IMG/VR virus record: IMGVR_UViG_3300028833_000080
Strand: one strand, 5' to 3'
DNA from: an uncultured virus (IMG/VR IMGVR_UViG_3300028833_000080)
Taxonomy: Duplodnaviria; Heunggongvirae; Uroviricota; Caudoviricetes
Length of the DNA: 64,000 nt
How positions within the stretch are numbered: the stretch's first letter is position 1; each line of letters opens with the position of its first letter. The position numbers were made by a program, and so were the translations under genes. Positions 26,779 to 36,177 of the stretch are shown here, piece after piece. The notes below the pieces were generated by a model. It had not been told where the DNA came from and did not search any database. It saw nothing but the letters and a program-made list of their open reading frames with translations.

Positions 26779-28137
26779 ATGAGTGTAAATAAAGTTAATT
26801 CAGATGGCTCTCTTTCAAGAGTCGCAGGTGGAACATTGTATGCGGATTTGGCGGTGGGTTCTATTGTGCCATTTGGTGGCTCAACTGCACCGTCGGGTTG
26901 GCTTTTATGTCAAGGACAAGCAATAAGTAGAACAGAATATTCAGAGTTGTTTGCAGTAATCGGAACAGCTTATGGTACAGGTGATGGAAGCACTACTTTC
27001 AATTTACCAGATTTAAGAGATAGATTTGTAGAAGGTGCAAGTGATACAAACGCAGCAGGTACAAGTATTGCGGCGGGATTGCCTAATATTACGGGCGCAT
27101 CTATGCCCGGACGAGTTACATCCGGTAATAATGCACCTGCGACAGGTGCAATTCGTCAAAATTTAGACGGAGCAAAAGGATTGTTTTCAACTGATGATAG
27201 TTCGTCATATGTTGTAGGTGGTCAAATTATATTTAACGCTTCTCTTTCTAACTCAATTTACGGCAAGTCAACAACAGTACAACCACCAGCATTATGTTTA
27301 AATTATATAATTAAAGCCAAGATGACAGCTATTCCTGCTGATTTCCTTGCTAAGGTAGATGAAGCTGTGGAAGATGTGTACGGCGATATCATTCCTAGTG
27401 ATGCGAGTGTTAGTAATAAGTTAGTGGCACATCAAACTCCCTATGAATCCTTTACACTTAATAATAATAGTGGTTCACAAAAGTGGTATAAATTAGGCAC
27501 TTATATAAGTGGCAATAATACTGCTAGACTTGACTTTGTGTCTGCAAGAGTTGATGGGCAGATGTTTGAGTCAAGTGTTCGTATAAGTGGCCTTGGAGCA
27601 GATGCAAATTATATATCATGGATAGGAGAAAACGGCAGTGAAGCAAGTATCTTTGCGATAAAAGTAGATACTAACAGGAATCTTTATGTACAAATGAATT
27701 CTTATAGTGCAATAGAAATAAGAGTTTATGGTGCATTTACACTTAATATTACAGAGCAATCATCCGCACCTAGCGGTGCAGGCATTCCGTTGCAGAAACT
27801 TGTTACAGGGAGTGATATATCATATCTCTCAAGCGATAAATTAATGTATCATCAAGAAACAGGTGCAGCTGTTTTGTATTTGGCAGCATATCATTGGCAA
27901 CTACCTGTCAACACAACATATCTCGTACATATAACCGCAAGTGACAAAAATAGTCCTGGGGATAACTATGACGGTATTGTTAAGTTCACTTATGGTGGCA
28001 CTTCCTCGACAATAACAAACATCTCCTATTATAAGTTAAGCGGAACGGGAACTATTGACGCTGTAAATAATTCGGGAACAATTCAATTTAGCTTTTCAAA
28101 TGGATTACCCGAAATTTGTGTAGCATTTATGGGGTAA
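26779..28137 (+). CDS. Tail fibre protein with phage tail collar domain
   Basis: VGSIVPFGGSTAPSGWLLCQGQAISRTEYSELFAVIGTAYGTGDGSTTFNLPDLR. Confidence 0.9.
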   Translation: MSVNKVNSDGSLSRVAGGTLYADLAVGSIVPFGGSTAPSGWLLCQGQAISRTEYSELFAVIGTAYGTGDGSTTFNLPDLRDRFVEGASDTNAAGTSIAAGLPNITGASMPGRVTSGNNAPATGAIRQNLDGAKGLFSTDDSSSYVVGGQIIFNASLSNSIYGKSTTVQPPALCLNYIIKAKMTAIPADFLAKVDEAVEDVYGDIIPSDASVSNKLVAHQTPYESFTLNNNSGSQKWYKLGTYISGNNTARLDFVSARVDGQMFESSVRISGLGADANYISWIGENGSEASIFAIKVDTNRNLYVQMNSYSAIEIRVYGAFTLNITEQSSAPSGAGIPLQKLVTGSDISYLSSDKLMYHQETGAAVLYLAAYHWQLPVNTTYLVHITASDKNSPGDNYDGIVKFTYGGTSSTITNISYYKLSGTGTIDAVNNSGTIQFSFSNGLPEICVAFMG

Positions 28138-28270
28138 TTTACCCACTCAATACCAAATTTAAAAGGTCATCAGAAATGGTCTCCTATGTAATTACACAGG
28201 AAGATAAAATAGCGGGAACCAGGTCATGAGATCTCATGATCTGGGTCGCCGCAGTTAAAAGGTAAAAAAT

Positions 28271-28660
28271 ATGAATAATATAAGACAAATAACAAACTTT
28301 GATATCCCACCTTCCGCCCCAACAATAGATAAAGAAATAACAATAGGTGGAGATAAGGGACAAACAATTACATATCCATATAAAGAAATATCTACCGCAC
28401 TTTTAGGAAGCGGGGCCGTGTTCAAATTTGGATATTGTGCAAATAATAATCAAGGAATGGCATATCCAATTTTTTTAACTCTTAATAACGAAGAAAAAGA
28501 GTTTCAATTAGGAAAAACTGGTATGTTTGAATTCCAGCCAGAGGAATGGCAAGATGTAAATGACGAAGAACCAGTTACACAAACCACAGAAGTATATCTT
28601 AGTGCAGTTCTAGTTCCTTCAGACATTCCTTTTGTTATAGATTATTGTTATGCTATTTAA
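28271..28660 (+). CDS. Hypothetical protein
   Basis: ORF track. Confidence 0.55.
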   Translation: MNNIRQITNFDIPPSAPTIDKEITIGGDKGQTITYPYKEISTALLGSGAVFKFGYCANNNQGMAYPIFLTLNNEEKEFQLGKTGMFEFQPEEWQDVNDEEPVTQTTEVYLSAVLVPSDIPFVIDYCYAI

Positions 28661-28781
28661 CGGGAAATAATATTTATATTATTTCCCGTATTTTTATTGG
28701 ACAAAATACATTTATTATTATCTCTTACTTTTATAATATAATATGTAAAGACAAATTTTATTCCGTAAGGAGGTTTTTATT

Positions 28782-29006
28782 ATGGATGATATTAATATTA
28801 CACTCGAAGGCTTGCTTTCTGTTGTGAAAAGTGCAAAGCCTATTACGGTCAATCTTTTTAATGAAGAAAGTCTTTTATTAATTACTTTCAATTTGGAAGG
28901 TTATCAGGCATTAGATGATTTCTTATGTGATGATGAAGTTCTTGAAATTGAGATCAAATCACCTTCCGCTTTAAACATTAAGATTGATACTTCTAAGAAT
29001 AGTTAA
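28782..29006 (+). CDS. Hypothetical protein
   Basis: RBS AGGAGG. Confidence 0.6.
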   Translation: MDDINITLEGLLSVVKSAKPITVNLFNEESLLLITFNLEGYQALDDFLCDDEVLEIEIKSPSALNIKIDTSKNS

Positions 29007-29023
29007 AAAGGAGCTTGAGAACA

Positions 29024-29524
29024 ATGCCAGAATGGATTACTGCTTTAATCACTTTTTTGGGAGTGTTTATAGGTTCGGGATTAATCCAATTCTTTGTTAC
29101 TCGAAAAGATAATAAAAATGACAAGCTAGCCGCCATAGAGAAAGACTTAAAAAATGGGCTTAATAATGAAGAAGAACGCGGTAAAGCTAGGTATGCAGAA
29201 CATCAAGAAGCAATCAATAAATTAAATGATGTAATTTTAAAATTAACAGAAAATGATACAAAGCAAACACAATATATAAAATATGTAGGGGATGAATTGA
29301 TGGGCCTAGCTCATGATAGATTAGTTGATTTAACTGATAAATATCAACAAAGAGGCGCAATTACTTTAAAAGAAATAGCCACTTTAGAAGCTATTTATAA
29401 ACCTTATTCAGAGGGTTTGGGCGGAAATGGCGATGGAAAAGCTGGGTATGAATATGCCATGAAATTGCCTGTTGTCACAGATGCAGTAGCAAAAGAAATG
29501 GACTTAAAAAATAAAATTAGATAA
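29024..29524 (+). CDS. Membrane-anchored holin-associated-type protein
   Basis: N-terminal TM segment, coiled coil, Y..LGGNG motif. Confidence 0.55.
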   Translation: MPEWITALITFLGVFIGSGLIQFFVTRKDNKNDKLAAIEKDLKNGLNNEEERGKARYAEHQEAINKLNDVILKLTENDTKQTQYIKYVGDELMGLAHDRLVDLTDKYQQRGAITLKEIATLEAIYKPYSEGLGGNGDGKAGYEYAMKLPVVTDAVAKEMDLKNKIR

Positions 29525-29665
29525 AAATAAGGCGGGAGCCGGTTAATTCTTTTCACAACTGGATCTTAGGGGGAATTATAACTAGCGCTTCCCGCCTTTT
29601 AAATTTGAAAATTAATCAAGTTTTTTGATATAATATAAATATTTTGAGAGAAAGGAGTTTAAATT

Positions 29666-30835
29666 ATGAGCAGATATGCTTATGATAAAGATACAAAACA
29701 ATCAAGGTTGATTGCTGGCGTTGGAACTGGTCAGGGCGGTATTTTACCTCATTTGATTATCATTTCAGAAGCTGGCTCAGATGTAACTGTAACTAAAGAT
29801 TCTATTACTATTGTTGCACTTGAAACATCTACTGGTCATTTTGAATGTGATGTTCCTGAATATGGTACTTATCAAATAGATGCTGTCTTAGGCGGTGAAG
29901 ATGCTAGAGTTAGTTTAGTCGTAGATGATGTTAAAGTATATACCATTGATGATTCTCATTTTCATGCAGATATTACAGTTACTTATCCTACAGGAGCACA
30001 GGTAAGTTGTTCTAAGAGTGGTGAGACTACATTATATGCTACAGGTAGTCCTTATACGTTTACTGTACATAGTGCAGGCACATGGACTATTACAGGTATA
30101 AAGGATGGAGTAACAGTTACTAAGAATGTAACAATAAGCACAAGCGGGCAGACAGAAAATATATCATTTATTCACACTGTTACTGTTGATTTATATTCAG
30201 CCACTTCTGATACAGTTTCCTTTACGGATGCAACAGGGAATAAAATCGCAACAACAGATGTAACAGGAAAAGCAGAAAATGTAAACATTATGTTTACTGA
30301 TTTTGCACCGAGCATCACATTTACTTCATCTGTTGCAAAAGACCCTGATAATCTTTCTAATGATTATTCAAAAACAATTACAGTGACAGATGCCACAACA
30401 GATGTTTATGTTATGCCTGACAATGTGATTTATTGGTACGGATACGAAGAAAAAACATTAGTTGCTGAATCGGGATTATCTATAACAAGGAATACTAATT
30501 CAATAACAACATCAGTATCAGCACCTCCTTCGGGAGTAAATGCACTAAAGTTGAAAACATCCGAAACTATTGATATTACTAATCTTGAATATTACAACAT
30601 AATTGTAAATAGTGCATCAATTTCAAATTATTCGGCATATTCAAGAATATCTCAATATATTGGAGTAAATGGGCATAATATAGTTGAAGCTACACCTATT
30701 ACATCTCCAACATTGAAACATATTATAATGACAGATTTATCTGTTACGGGTAATCAAGAAATTGGTGTTTATTATCAAGTTTATGCAAATGGTGGTGTGG
30801 TGCAACTAACATTTAATGCTTTATGGCTTGAATAG
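29666..30835 (+). CDS. Tail fibre/receptor-binding-like protein
   Basis: Repeated Thr-rich beta-sandwich modules; followed by chaperone-like small genes. Confidence 0.6.
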   Translation: MSRYAYDKDTKQSRLIAGVGTGQGGILPHLIIISEAGSDVTVTKDSITIVALETSTGHFECDVPEYGTYQIDAVLGGEDARVSLVVDDVKVYTIDDSHFHADITVTYPTGAQVSCSKSGETTLYATGSPYTFTVHSAGTWTITGIKDGVTVTKNVTISTSGQTENISFIHTVTVDLYSATSDTVSFTDATGNKIATTDVTGKAENVNIMFTDFAPSITFTSSVAKDPDNLSNDYSKTITVTDATTDVYVMPDNVIYWYGYEEKTLVAESGLSITRNTNSITTSVSAPPSGVNALKLKTSETIDITNLEYYNIIVNSASISNYSAYSRISQYIGVNGHNIVEATPITSPTLKHIIMTDLSVTGNQEIGVYYQVYANGGVVQLTFNALWLE

Positions 30836-30849
30836 GAGGTAAATATAAC

Positions 30850-31131
30850 ATGTTATTAGAAGAAAGAATAAAAGCATTAGAAGAAAGAGTTGATGCTTTG
30901 GTAAAATCCATTGCACAATTACAAAAAAATGAAGCACCTGTTACTGCAAAGGCCGAAGAAGCAAATAGTAAAATCCCACAGATAAATGAGAACACACAAG
31001 GCGTTACAGAGAATGACTCTGCTATCTGTGATGTGGCTGAACTTGAGGATATAAATTCATCTGCTATTGATGATTTAGCAGAAATGATCGATAACTTAGA
31101 AAACAGAGTTGCAAAGCTGGAGGAACAATAA
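30850..31131 (+). CDS. Coiled-coil tail-associated protein
   Basis: ENDSAICDVAEL-type motif, located after the fibre gene. Confidence 0.5.
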   Translation: MLLEERIKALEERVDALVKSIAQLQKNEAPVTAKAEEANSKIPQINENTQGVTENDSAICDVAELEDINSSAIDDLAEMIDNLENRVAKLEEQ

Positions 31132-31326
31132 ATGGTAAATAAATATACAAGACACTTAGAGGAAAGGGATATCAATGTAAAAACCGACAAAGTATGGTCA
31201 ATCAATGATGTGCCCAATACCTGGAAAAATAAAACTGAGAAAAAGGTTCTCACTGACGGATACTATTTTCTTGAAGATGGCACCGTAGTGCCAAATGAAA
31301 AAGAATCAGAAGAAAATAATGATTAA
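31132..31326 (+). CDS. CD1375/XkdX-like small protein
   Basis: WSINDVPNTWKNK motif. Confidence 0.5.
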   Translation: MVNKYTRHLEERDINVKTDKVWSINDVPNTWKNKTEKKVLTDGYYFLEDGTVVPNEKESEENND

Positions 31327-31435
31327 ATATATCAAGGCAATTATAATCTTTATAATTGCCTTTTTCTTTGTATATTGACATTTTTAAAATTTTATGATAT
31401 AATATATATATGAAATAAAGAAGTAATAAATAAAT

Positions 31436-31539
31436 ATCTCGGTGGCGGAATAGGTAGACGCTAGTTTGAGGTTAGGTAGCAAGGGCACAAAGACTTAACT
31501 TTTGTAACCCATGTGAAGTGCAAATCTTCACCCGAGATA
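31436..31539 (+). ncRNA. tRNA-like RNA (Leu-type D-arm, aberrant core, GTGCAAAT T-loop)
   Basis: ATCTCGG/CCGAGAT acceptor, TGGCGGAATAGGTAGACGC, GTGAAG-TGCAAAT-CTTCAC. Confidence 0.7.
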
Positions 31540-31541
31540 AT

Positions 31542-31612
31542 GGTGATATAGCCAAGTGGTAAGGCGCTGGTCTGCAAAATCAGTATCATAAGTTCGAATC
31601 TTATTATCACCT
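31542..31612 (+). tRNA. tRNA-Cys(GCA)
   Basis: GGTGATA/TATCACC, CTGGT-CTGCAAA-ATCAG, GTTCGAATC. Confidence 0.9.
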
Positions 31613-31743
31613 TTTTATATTTTTTAGATAAATTAAATGTCAAAGAAATATTGAAAAATTTAAGAAAAAATGAAAAATAACCAATATTATGTATGGTTTC
31701 ATGACCATTTAGCATACAAGGCAAAAAGTAAAGGTGAGAAAGT

Positions 31744-32307
31744 ATGACAAAAGAAGAAGCAATAGAATTTGGCAAGATGTGGTTAGACGTTAACGAAGAC
31801 AGTAAACATTCCAGAACTTACGAATTCTTTGAGTTAGCAATTCAAGCCTTAGAGCAAGATTCAAATATAGGAAAAGTCATTAGTATGCGTGATGCTACAC
31901 CAGAAGAACAGAAGTCAGTAGAGAATTATATTAAGAGTATAAGTAAACCAACAGGAGTTGATTTTGAGACGTTAGAGCAAGAGTCTTGTAAGGACGCTGT
32001 AAGCAGACAAGCGGTAATAGATTCAATTAAAAATTATTTTCACGATGAATATTATCAAAGAACATCTATTCAAGATTGTAGAGATTGTCTTATCGAAGAT
32101 GTTATTAAGGCTTTGCCGCCCGTTACACCACAACCAAAGATGGGGCGATGTAAGGATTGCAAGTGGTGGAAAGATAGCGATGGAGCATATCGGAGAGGTG
32201 TTGGAGCTGAAAGCCGATGCCCTATAAATCATGAAGAAGTATATATGGGGAATGGATATTGTTATATGTTTGAGCCATTGGCAGAAAGTAAGGATAAAGA
32301 GAAATGA
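31744..32307 (+). CDS. Mosaic hypothetical phage protein
   Basis: AIQALEQ, DAVSRQAVID, LPPVTPQPK and CKDCKWW modules. Confidence 0.6.
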   Translation: MTKEEAIEFGKMWLDVNEDSKHSRTYEFFELAIQALEQDSNIGKVISMRDATPEEQKSVENYIKSISKPTGVDFETLEQESCKDAVSRQAVIDSIKNYFHDEYYQRTSIQDCRDCLIEDVIKALPPVTPQPKMGRCKDCKWWKDSDGAYRRGVGAESRCPINHEEVYMGNGYCYMFEPLAESKDKEK

Positions 32308-32960
32308 CAAAAGAAGATATAAAAACCATAATTGACATAGTACACAAGACCATATACGGATTCTTTGATGTCTGTGGTGATGATGAAGAAACACCTATGA
32401 CCGACAAGGATAAGATGTTGTTAAAGGTCAATAAGGCATTATGTAATAACATCAAAGCCTTAGAGCAACAACCTTGCGAGGATAAAGGCGAAGTGTCAGA
32501 TGGTTATCATACATTTAATCAACTCTATCATCAACGAGCCATGTTATTTGCAACTCTTGTCAATGAGCACCCCGATATATCATGGAAATCCTTTAAGCAT
32601 TCTGACGGGCACTATTGCTTTGACGAAGATGGAGAAATGTTCATTGTTGGAATTGATACTCCCGAAGGTTCATATACATATCATTACCACAAGAAATATT
32701 GGGATTTGTTTAAGTGTAAAGAACTTGAATGTGGCAAAGAGTGGGATGGACATACAGAGAAGGATGTAACAAGGTTATTATCATTACCTCTTGTTCCTCC
32801 TACGAGACATGTAGGAAGGTGGTTACACAAAAACGGATATTATGAATGCTCTCGTTGTGCTTGTTTAGCCCCAAGCGTTGAGTTTGCAGATGGTATTCAT
32901 TGGAAATTAAGCCATTTCTGTCCTGATTGTGGAGCAGATATGAGAGGTGAAAAGGAATGA
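32304..32960 (+). CDS. WDGH-motif protein with a C-terminal zinc ribbon
   Basis: SDGYHTFNQLYHQR...YTYHY...WDGHT; CSRC..CPDCGADM. Confidence 0.6.
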   Translation: MTKEDIKTIIDIVHKTIYGFFDVCGDDEETPMTDKDKMLLKVNKALCNNIKALEQQPCEDKGEVSDGYHTFNQLYHQRAMLFATLVNEHPDISWKSFKHSDGHYCFDEDGEMFIVGIDTPEGSYTYHYHKKYWDLFKCKELECGKEWDGHTEKDVTRLLSLPLVPPTRHVGRWLHKNGYYECSRCACLAPSVEFADGIHWKLSHFCPDCGADMRGEKE

Positions 32961-33244
32961 AATACATAATCGAGTTAGATGAAGAAGTATTTGACGAGAT
33001 AGTGTCAGCAGATGATGACTCCCATCTTAGTAGAGCGTTTTTGAATGGAAGTTATCTGTACTTTAAAGAGGCTTTACAAAGTGCTACTCCCAATCCTAAA
33101 GAAAATGTATTAGATAAGATAAGGAAAGAAGTAACAGAACTCGTTAAAACATATCCATTTGTTAATCACTTCGATACTTATGTCAAGGAAGATGAAGTAT
33201 TGGCGATTATCGACAAGTACAAGGATAAGGGGATTGAAGAATGA
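32957..33244 (+). CDS. Hypothetical protein
   Basis: VLDKIR..VLAIIDKYK module. Confidence 0.55.
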   Translation: MKYIIELDEEVFDEIVSADDDSHLSRAFLNGSYLYFKEALQSATPNPKENVLDKIRKEVTELVKTYPFVNHFDTYVKEDEVLAIIDKYKDKGIEE

Positions 33245-33372
33245 AGTATGACGAAGAAGGGTTATTGAAAGAACCTTGCTTATCTTGTGACAAAAGTTAT
33301 GTTGATAATCTTTTCTTTGAATGGTATTGCGATGAAAAAGAATGTCCGTATAAGGCAGAAAGTGAGGAATAA

Positions 33373-33555
33373 ATGACAGTAGGAGAGCTTATTACAGAAT
33401 TAAATAAATATGACAAGAATCAGCGAGTACTGTTGTATGCACATGGAAGCTGTGATACATCTGAACAAAATGAAATATTAGGCTGTTACGAAGAAGAAAT
33501 TTATGATGAAAACGACAATGTGATAGAAGAAGTAATCTCATTGTATGAATATTGA
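33373..33555 (+). CDS. Hypothetical protein
   Basis: MTVGELI..L..YD pattern. Confidence 0.55.
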   Translation: MTVGELITELNKYDKNQRVLLYAHGSCDTSEQNEILGCYEEEIYDENDNVIEEVISLYEY

Positions 33556-33737
33556 GTCACAGAAAAGAGAAAAATAATATGGGTCATAAATATGCAATTT
33601 TAGCAAAAAACTACAAAGATAAAATATGGGGAATTACTTTTTATACAAATAGTAAATTTTTAATGATAAAAACATTAATAAAAGCATTGTTTAGATATGA
33701 ATTAATTGATTTTTGTGTCAGAAAGTGAGAAAATAAC

Positions 33738-34019
33738 ATGCAGATAGTAATTGATGTTCCAGAAAAATTAGTATGCGAGGGTTTTGAGAGACCTTTTACA
33801 GAAGAGGAAAAGAATATACTTATCAAAGCCATTGGAAATGGTACACCACTTCCTAGAAATCATGGAAGATTGATTGATGCGGATTGGGTACTAAATAAAA
33901 TGACTAATGCTGATGCTGATACGCTACCAAGAACCCAATATGAATATTATGCTTGGAATTTTGCTCAATCTTTGCTTATACAGGCACCTATAGTCATAGA
34001 AGCGGAAGGCGGTGATTAA
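33738..34019 (+). CDS. Hypothetical protein
   Basis: NGTPLP..HGRLIDAD module. Confidence 0.55.
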   Translation: MQIVIDVPEKLVCEGFERPFTEEEKNILIKAIGNGTPLPRNHGRLIDADWVLNKMTNADADTLPRTQYEYYAWNFAQSLLIQAPIVIEAEGGD

Positions 34020-34021
34020 AA

Positions 34022-34219
34022 ATGCAATATTTATGGATATGGATGCTATCGTTTGCATATAGTGTATGGACTGTATCAGCAATTAAAGATATAATTCAAA
34101 CTTGTCGGAAAAAGTCGTCTTATAATTTTAAAACTTCTACTGGTGGTTGGATAATTGTAACAATTACAATTTTATTTATTTGGAGTTTTATTAGTTATAT
34201 TGCACAACATTTACAATAA
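34022..34219 (+). CDS. Small membrane protein
   Basis: Two hydrophobic segments. Confidence 0.45.
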   Translation: MQYLWIWMLSFAYSVWTVSAIKDIIQTCRKKSSYNFKTSTGGWIIVTITILFIWSFISYIAQHLQ

Positions 34220-34238
34220 TATAGAAAGTGAGAAAATA

Positions 34239-34727
34239 ATGAAACGTTCAGAGTACGAAGCAAAAATGAAAGCGCTTCAAGATGAGATTGAAGTCCTTAA
34301 AAAGGTTGAAATTGAAGAAGATTCAGGAAGATGGAAGCCCGAAATTGACGACCATTATTACAATATGAGGAGTGATGGTCTGCTAGCAATAGTACCGCAT
34401 AGATGGAATGACTCGAATTATGACTATGATTGTTATGCCATTGGTAACTGTTTTAAGACTTGGGAAGAAGGAAGGTTTGCACGAGAAAAACTTAAAGTCT
34501 TGGCAGAACTTAAAGAGTTTGCAGAACCTAGTGATGCTAAATGGGACGGAACTGTACCTCACTACAGTATTGTGTATGATTTTCACAATCGAGAAATTCT
34601 TATAGACTATAATCTTAGAAGTAAATTCACATCTATATACTTTGCAAGTGAGAAAGATGCGAAAACCGCAGTTGATAGAGTTGGTGAAGAACGTATAAAG
34701 AAGTATTATCTAGGAGTAGTAGAATGA
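34239..34727 (+). CDS. Hypothetical phage protein
   Basis: RWKP..GNCFKT..IYFASE..VGEERIKKY pattern. Confidence 0.6.
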   Translation: MKRSEYEAKMKALQDEIEVLKKVEIEEDSGRWKPEIDDHYYNMRSDGLLAIVPHRWNDSNYDYDCYAIGNCFKTWEEGRFAREKLKVLAELKEFAEPSDAKWDGTVPHYSIVYDFHNREILIDYNLRSKFTSIYFASEKDAKTAVDRVGEERIKKYYLGVVE

Positions 34728-35444
34728 ATAAATCAGTAGTAGAATATGCCGTATACGATTATTTATGTGATATGACTGAGGATTTAAATATATCATTTCC
34801 AGAGCTTATAGCAGATATTTTAAAAATATATGCGCGTAAAGAACGATTAGCAGAGGACGATATAAAATGACACATGAACAATGGATAAGAATTCTTGAGG
34901 ATATATTTAGCTTTGAACGTGACCCAGGATTAGGTAGAATACTTTTTATATTACTGTTTGCAATAATTACAATAATAGTTGCTATATATCTTAAAATACA
35001 GGACAAAAAAAATGAAGAAGAAAAAAACAATACGAATAATAGCTAGTACATTGATTTGGACTATATATATTATTTGGTCAATTTTAATGATTTATTATAT
35101 TCCACTTGGATAGAGAGAAAAAATGAAATTTAGCGAATTTACATTTCTAACGGCATGGGATTGGGTATTCATACTGCCAACTATTGCAATACAAATAAAT
35201 CAACCATATTATTGTAAGAAAAATTTACATATTTCTATTCATTTTTTAGGGTGGCATCTTAGATGGCGATGGCTCGAAGAGTAGTAAAAAGTAAAGATTT
35301 TATTGCGGTTATTAAAAAATATTATCTATTATACATAAAACATATAAAAAAGAAGATGAATAAATTAATTTCAAGTTTAATAATTATATTTTTTATAATG
35401 ATGTGTGGAATTGGTTGTTATAGCCTTAAAAAAGGAGAAGCAGA

Positions 35445-35708
35445 ATGAAGATTGAAGAATTAAATAGCATTAAAGTAGGCGACCATTTTTATACAGAATT
35501 AACAGATTCTAGATATCCTGAAACTGTAATCAAAGTTTATACCAATCATGGTCAAATTTATGGTGTGCAATTTGAGCACACTTGGAAAAATGAATATGGT
35601 TTATTTCGTAAAAAAGAATATATATCTCAAGTAGACCTCTTAGAAGATGATACTTATCTTGTTAAAGGGGACTATTTTTGGGGAGATAGATATCGTCATA
35701 ATTTTTAA
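35445..35708 (+). CDS. Hypothetical protein
   Basis: RBS AAGGAG. Confidence 0.55.
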   Translation: MKIEELNSIKVGDHFYTELTDSRYPETVIKVYTNHGQIYGVQFEHTWKNEYGLFRKKEYISQVDLLEDDTYLVKGDYFWGDRYRHNF

Positions 35709-35718
35709 AATTAATTTT

Positions 35719-35789
35719 AGCGGTTTAGCACATCGGCAGTGCAGCTGGCTTTGACCCAGATTAGAGTGGTCCGACTCCACTAACCGCTG
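35719..35789 (+). tRNA. tRNA-Gln(TTG)
   Basis: AGCGGTT/AACCGCT, CTGG-CTTTGAC-CCAG, variant T-loop TCCGACT. Confidence 0.8.
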
Positions 35790-35990
35790 TTATGCCCGCT
35801 CAAAGTGCATAGAGAGTCGGAAGACTTAAAGTGCGTGGAGAGAATGAAACCTTGGCAACCTGGCAGTCAAGTCAGTCGGTGGAATAGCGGAAGAGCAGGG
35901 TTCGAGTCCCTGCCTGAGATAGCAGTCGAGTGTCCATCTCATTCGATTGTACAGATTAGTTGACATCCTGTCGGATGTATGTCGATGTAT

Positions 35991-36123
35991 GCAACAGTGG
36001 CGAAATAGGTAGACGTAGATAAGAACTTGGTATATTAGGGCAAATCATCTTAGAGGGGCTTTAAGAAGCTACACGGATGCTGACCAAGGAGCCCATGTAA
36101 GGTGCAAATCCTTACCTGTTGTA
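35991..36123 (+). ncRNA. Second tRNA-like RNA with expanded core and GTGCAAAT T-loop
   Basis: GCAACAG/CTGTTGT acceptor, TGGCGAAATAGGTAGACG, CCCAT-GTAAGG-TGCAAAT-CCTTAC. Confidence 0.7.
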
Positions 36124-36177
36124 TTTAAAAATATCAGAATAGTTCTGATATTTTTTTATATATAAAAGGAGGAGAAC

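Noticed and set aside
25970..30835. Diversity-generating retroelement acting on the tail fibres
   Set aside because: No reverse transcriptase and no TR/VR repeat pair differing at adenines was seen in the window
31461..31775. Minus-strand 104-aa ORF
   Set aside because: It is antisense to tRNA-Cys and the tRNA-like RNA
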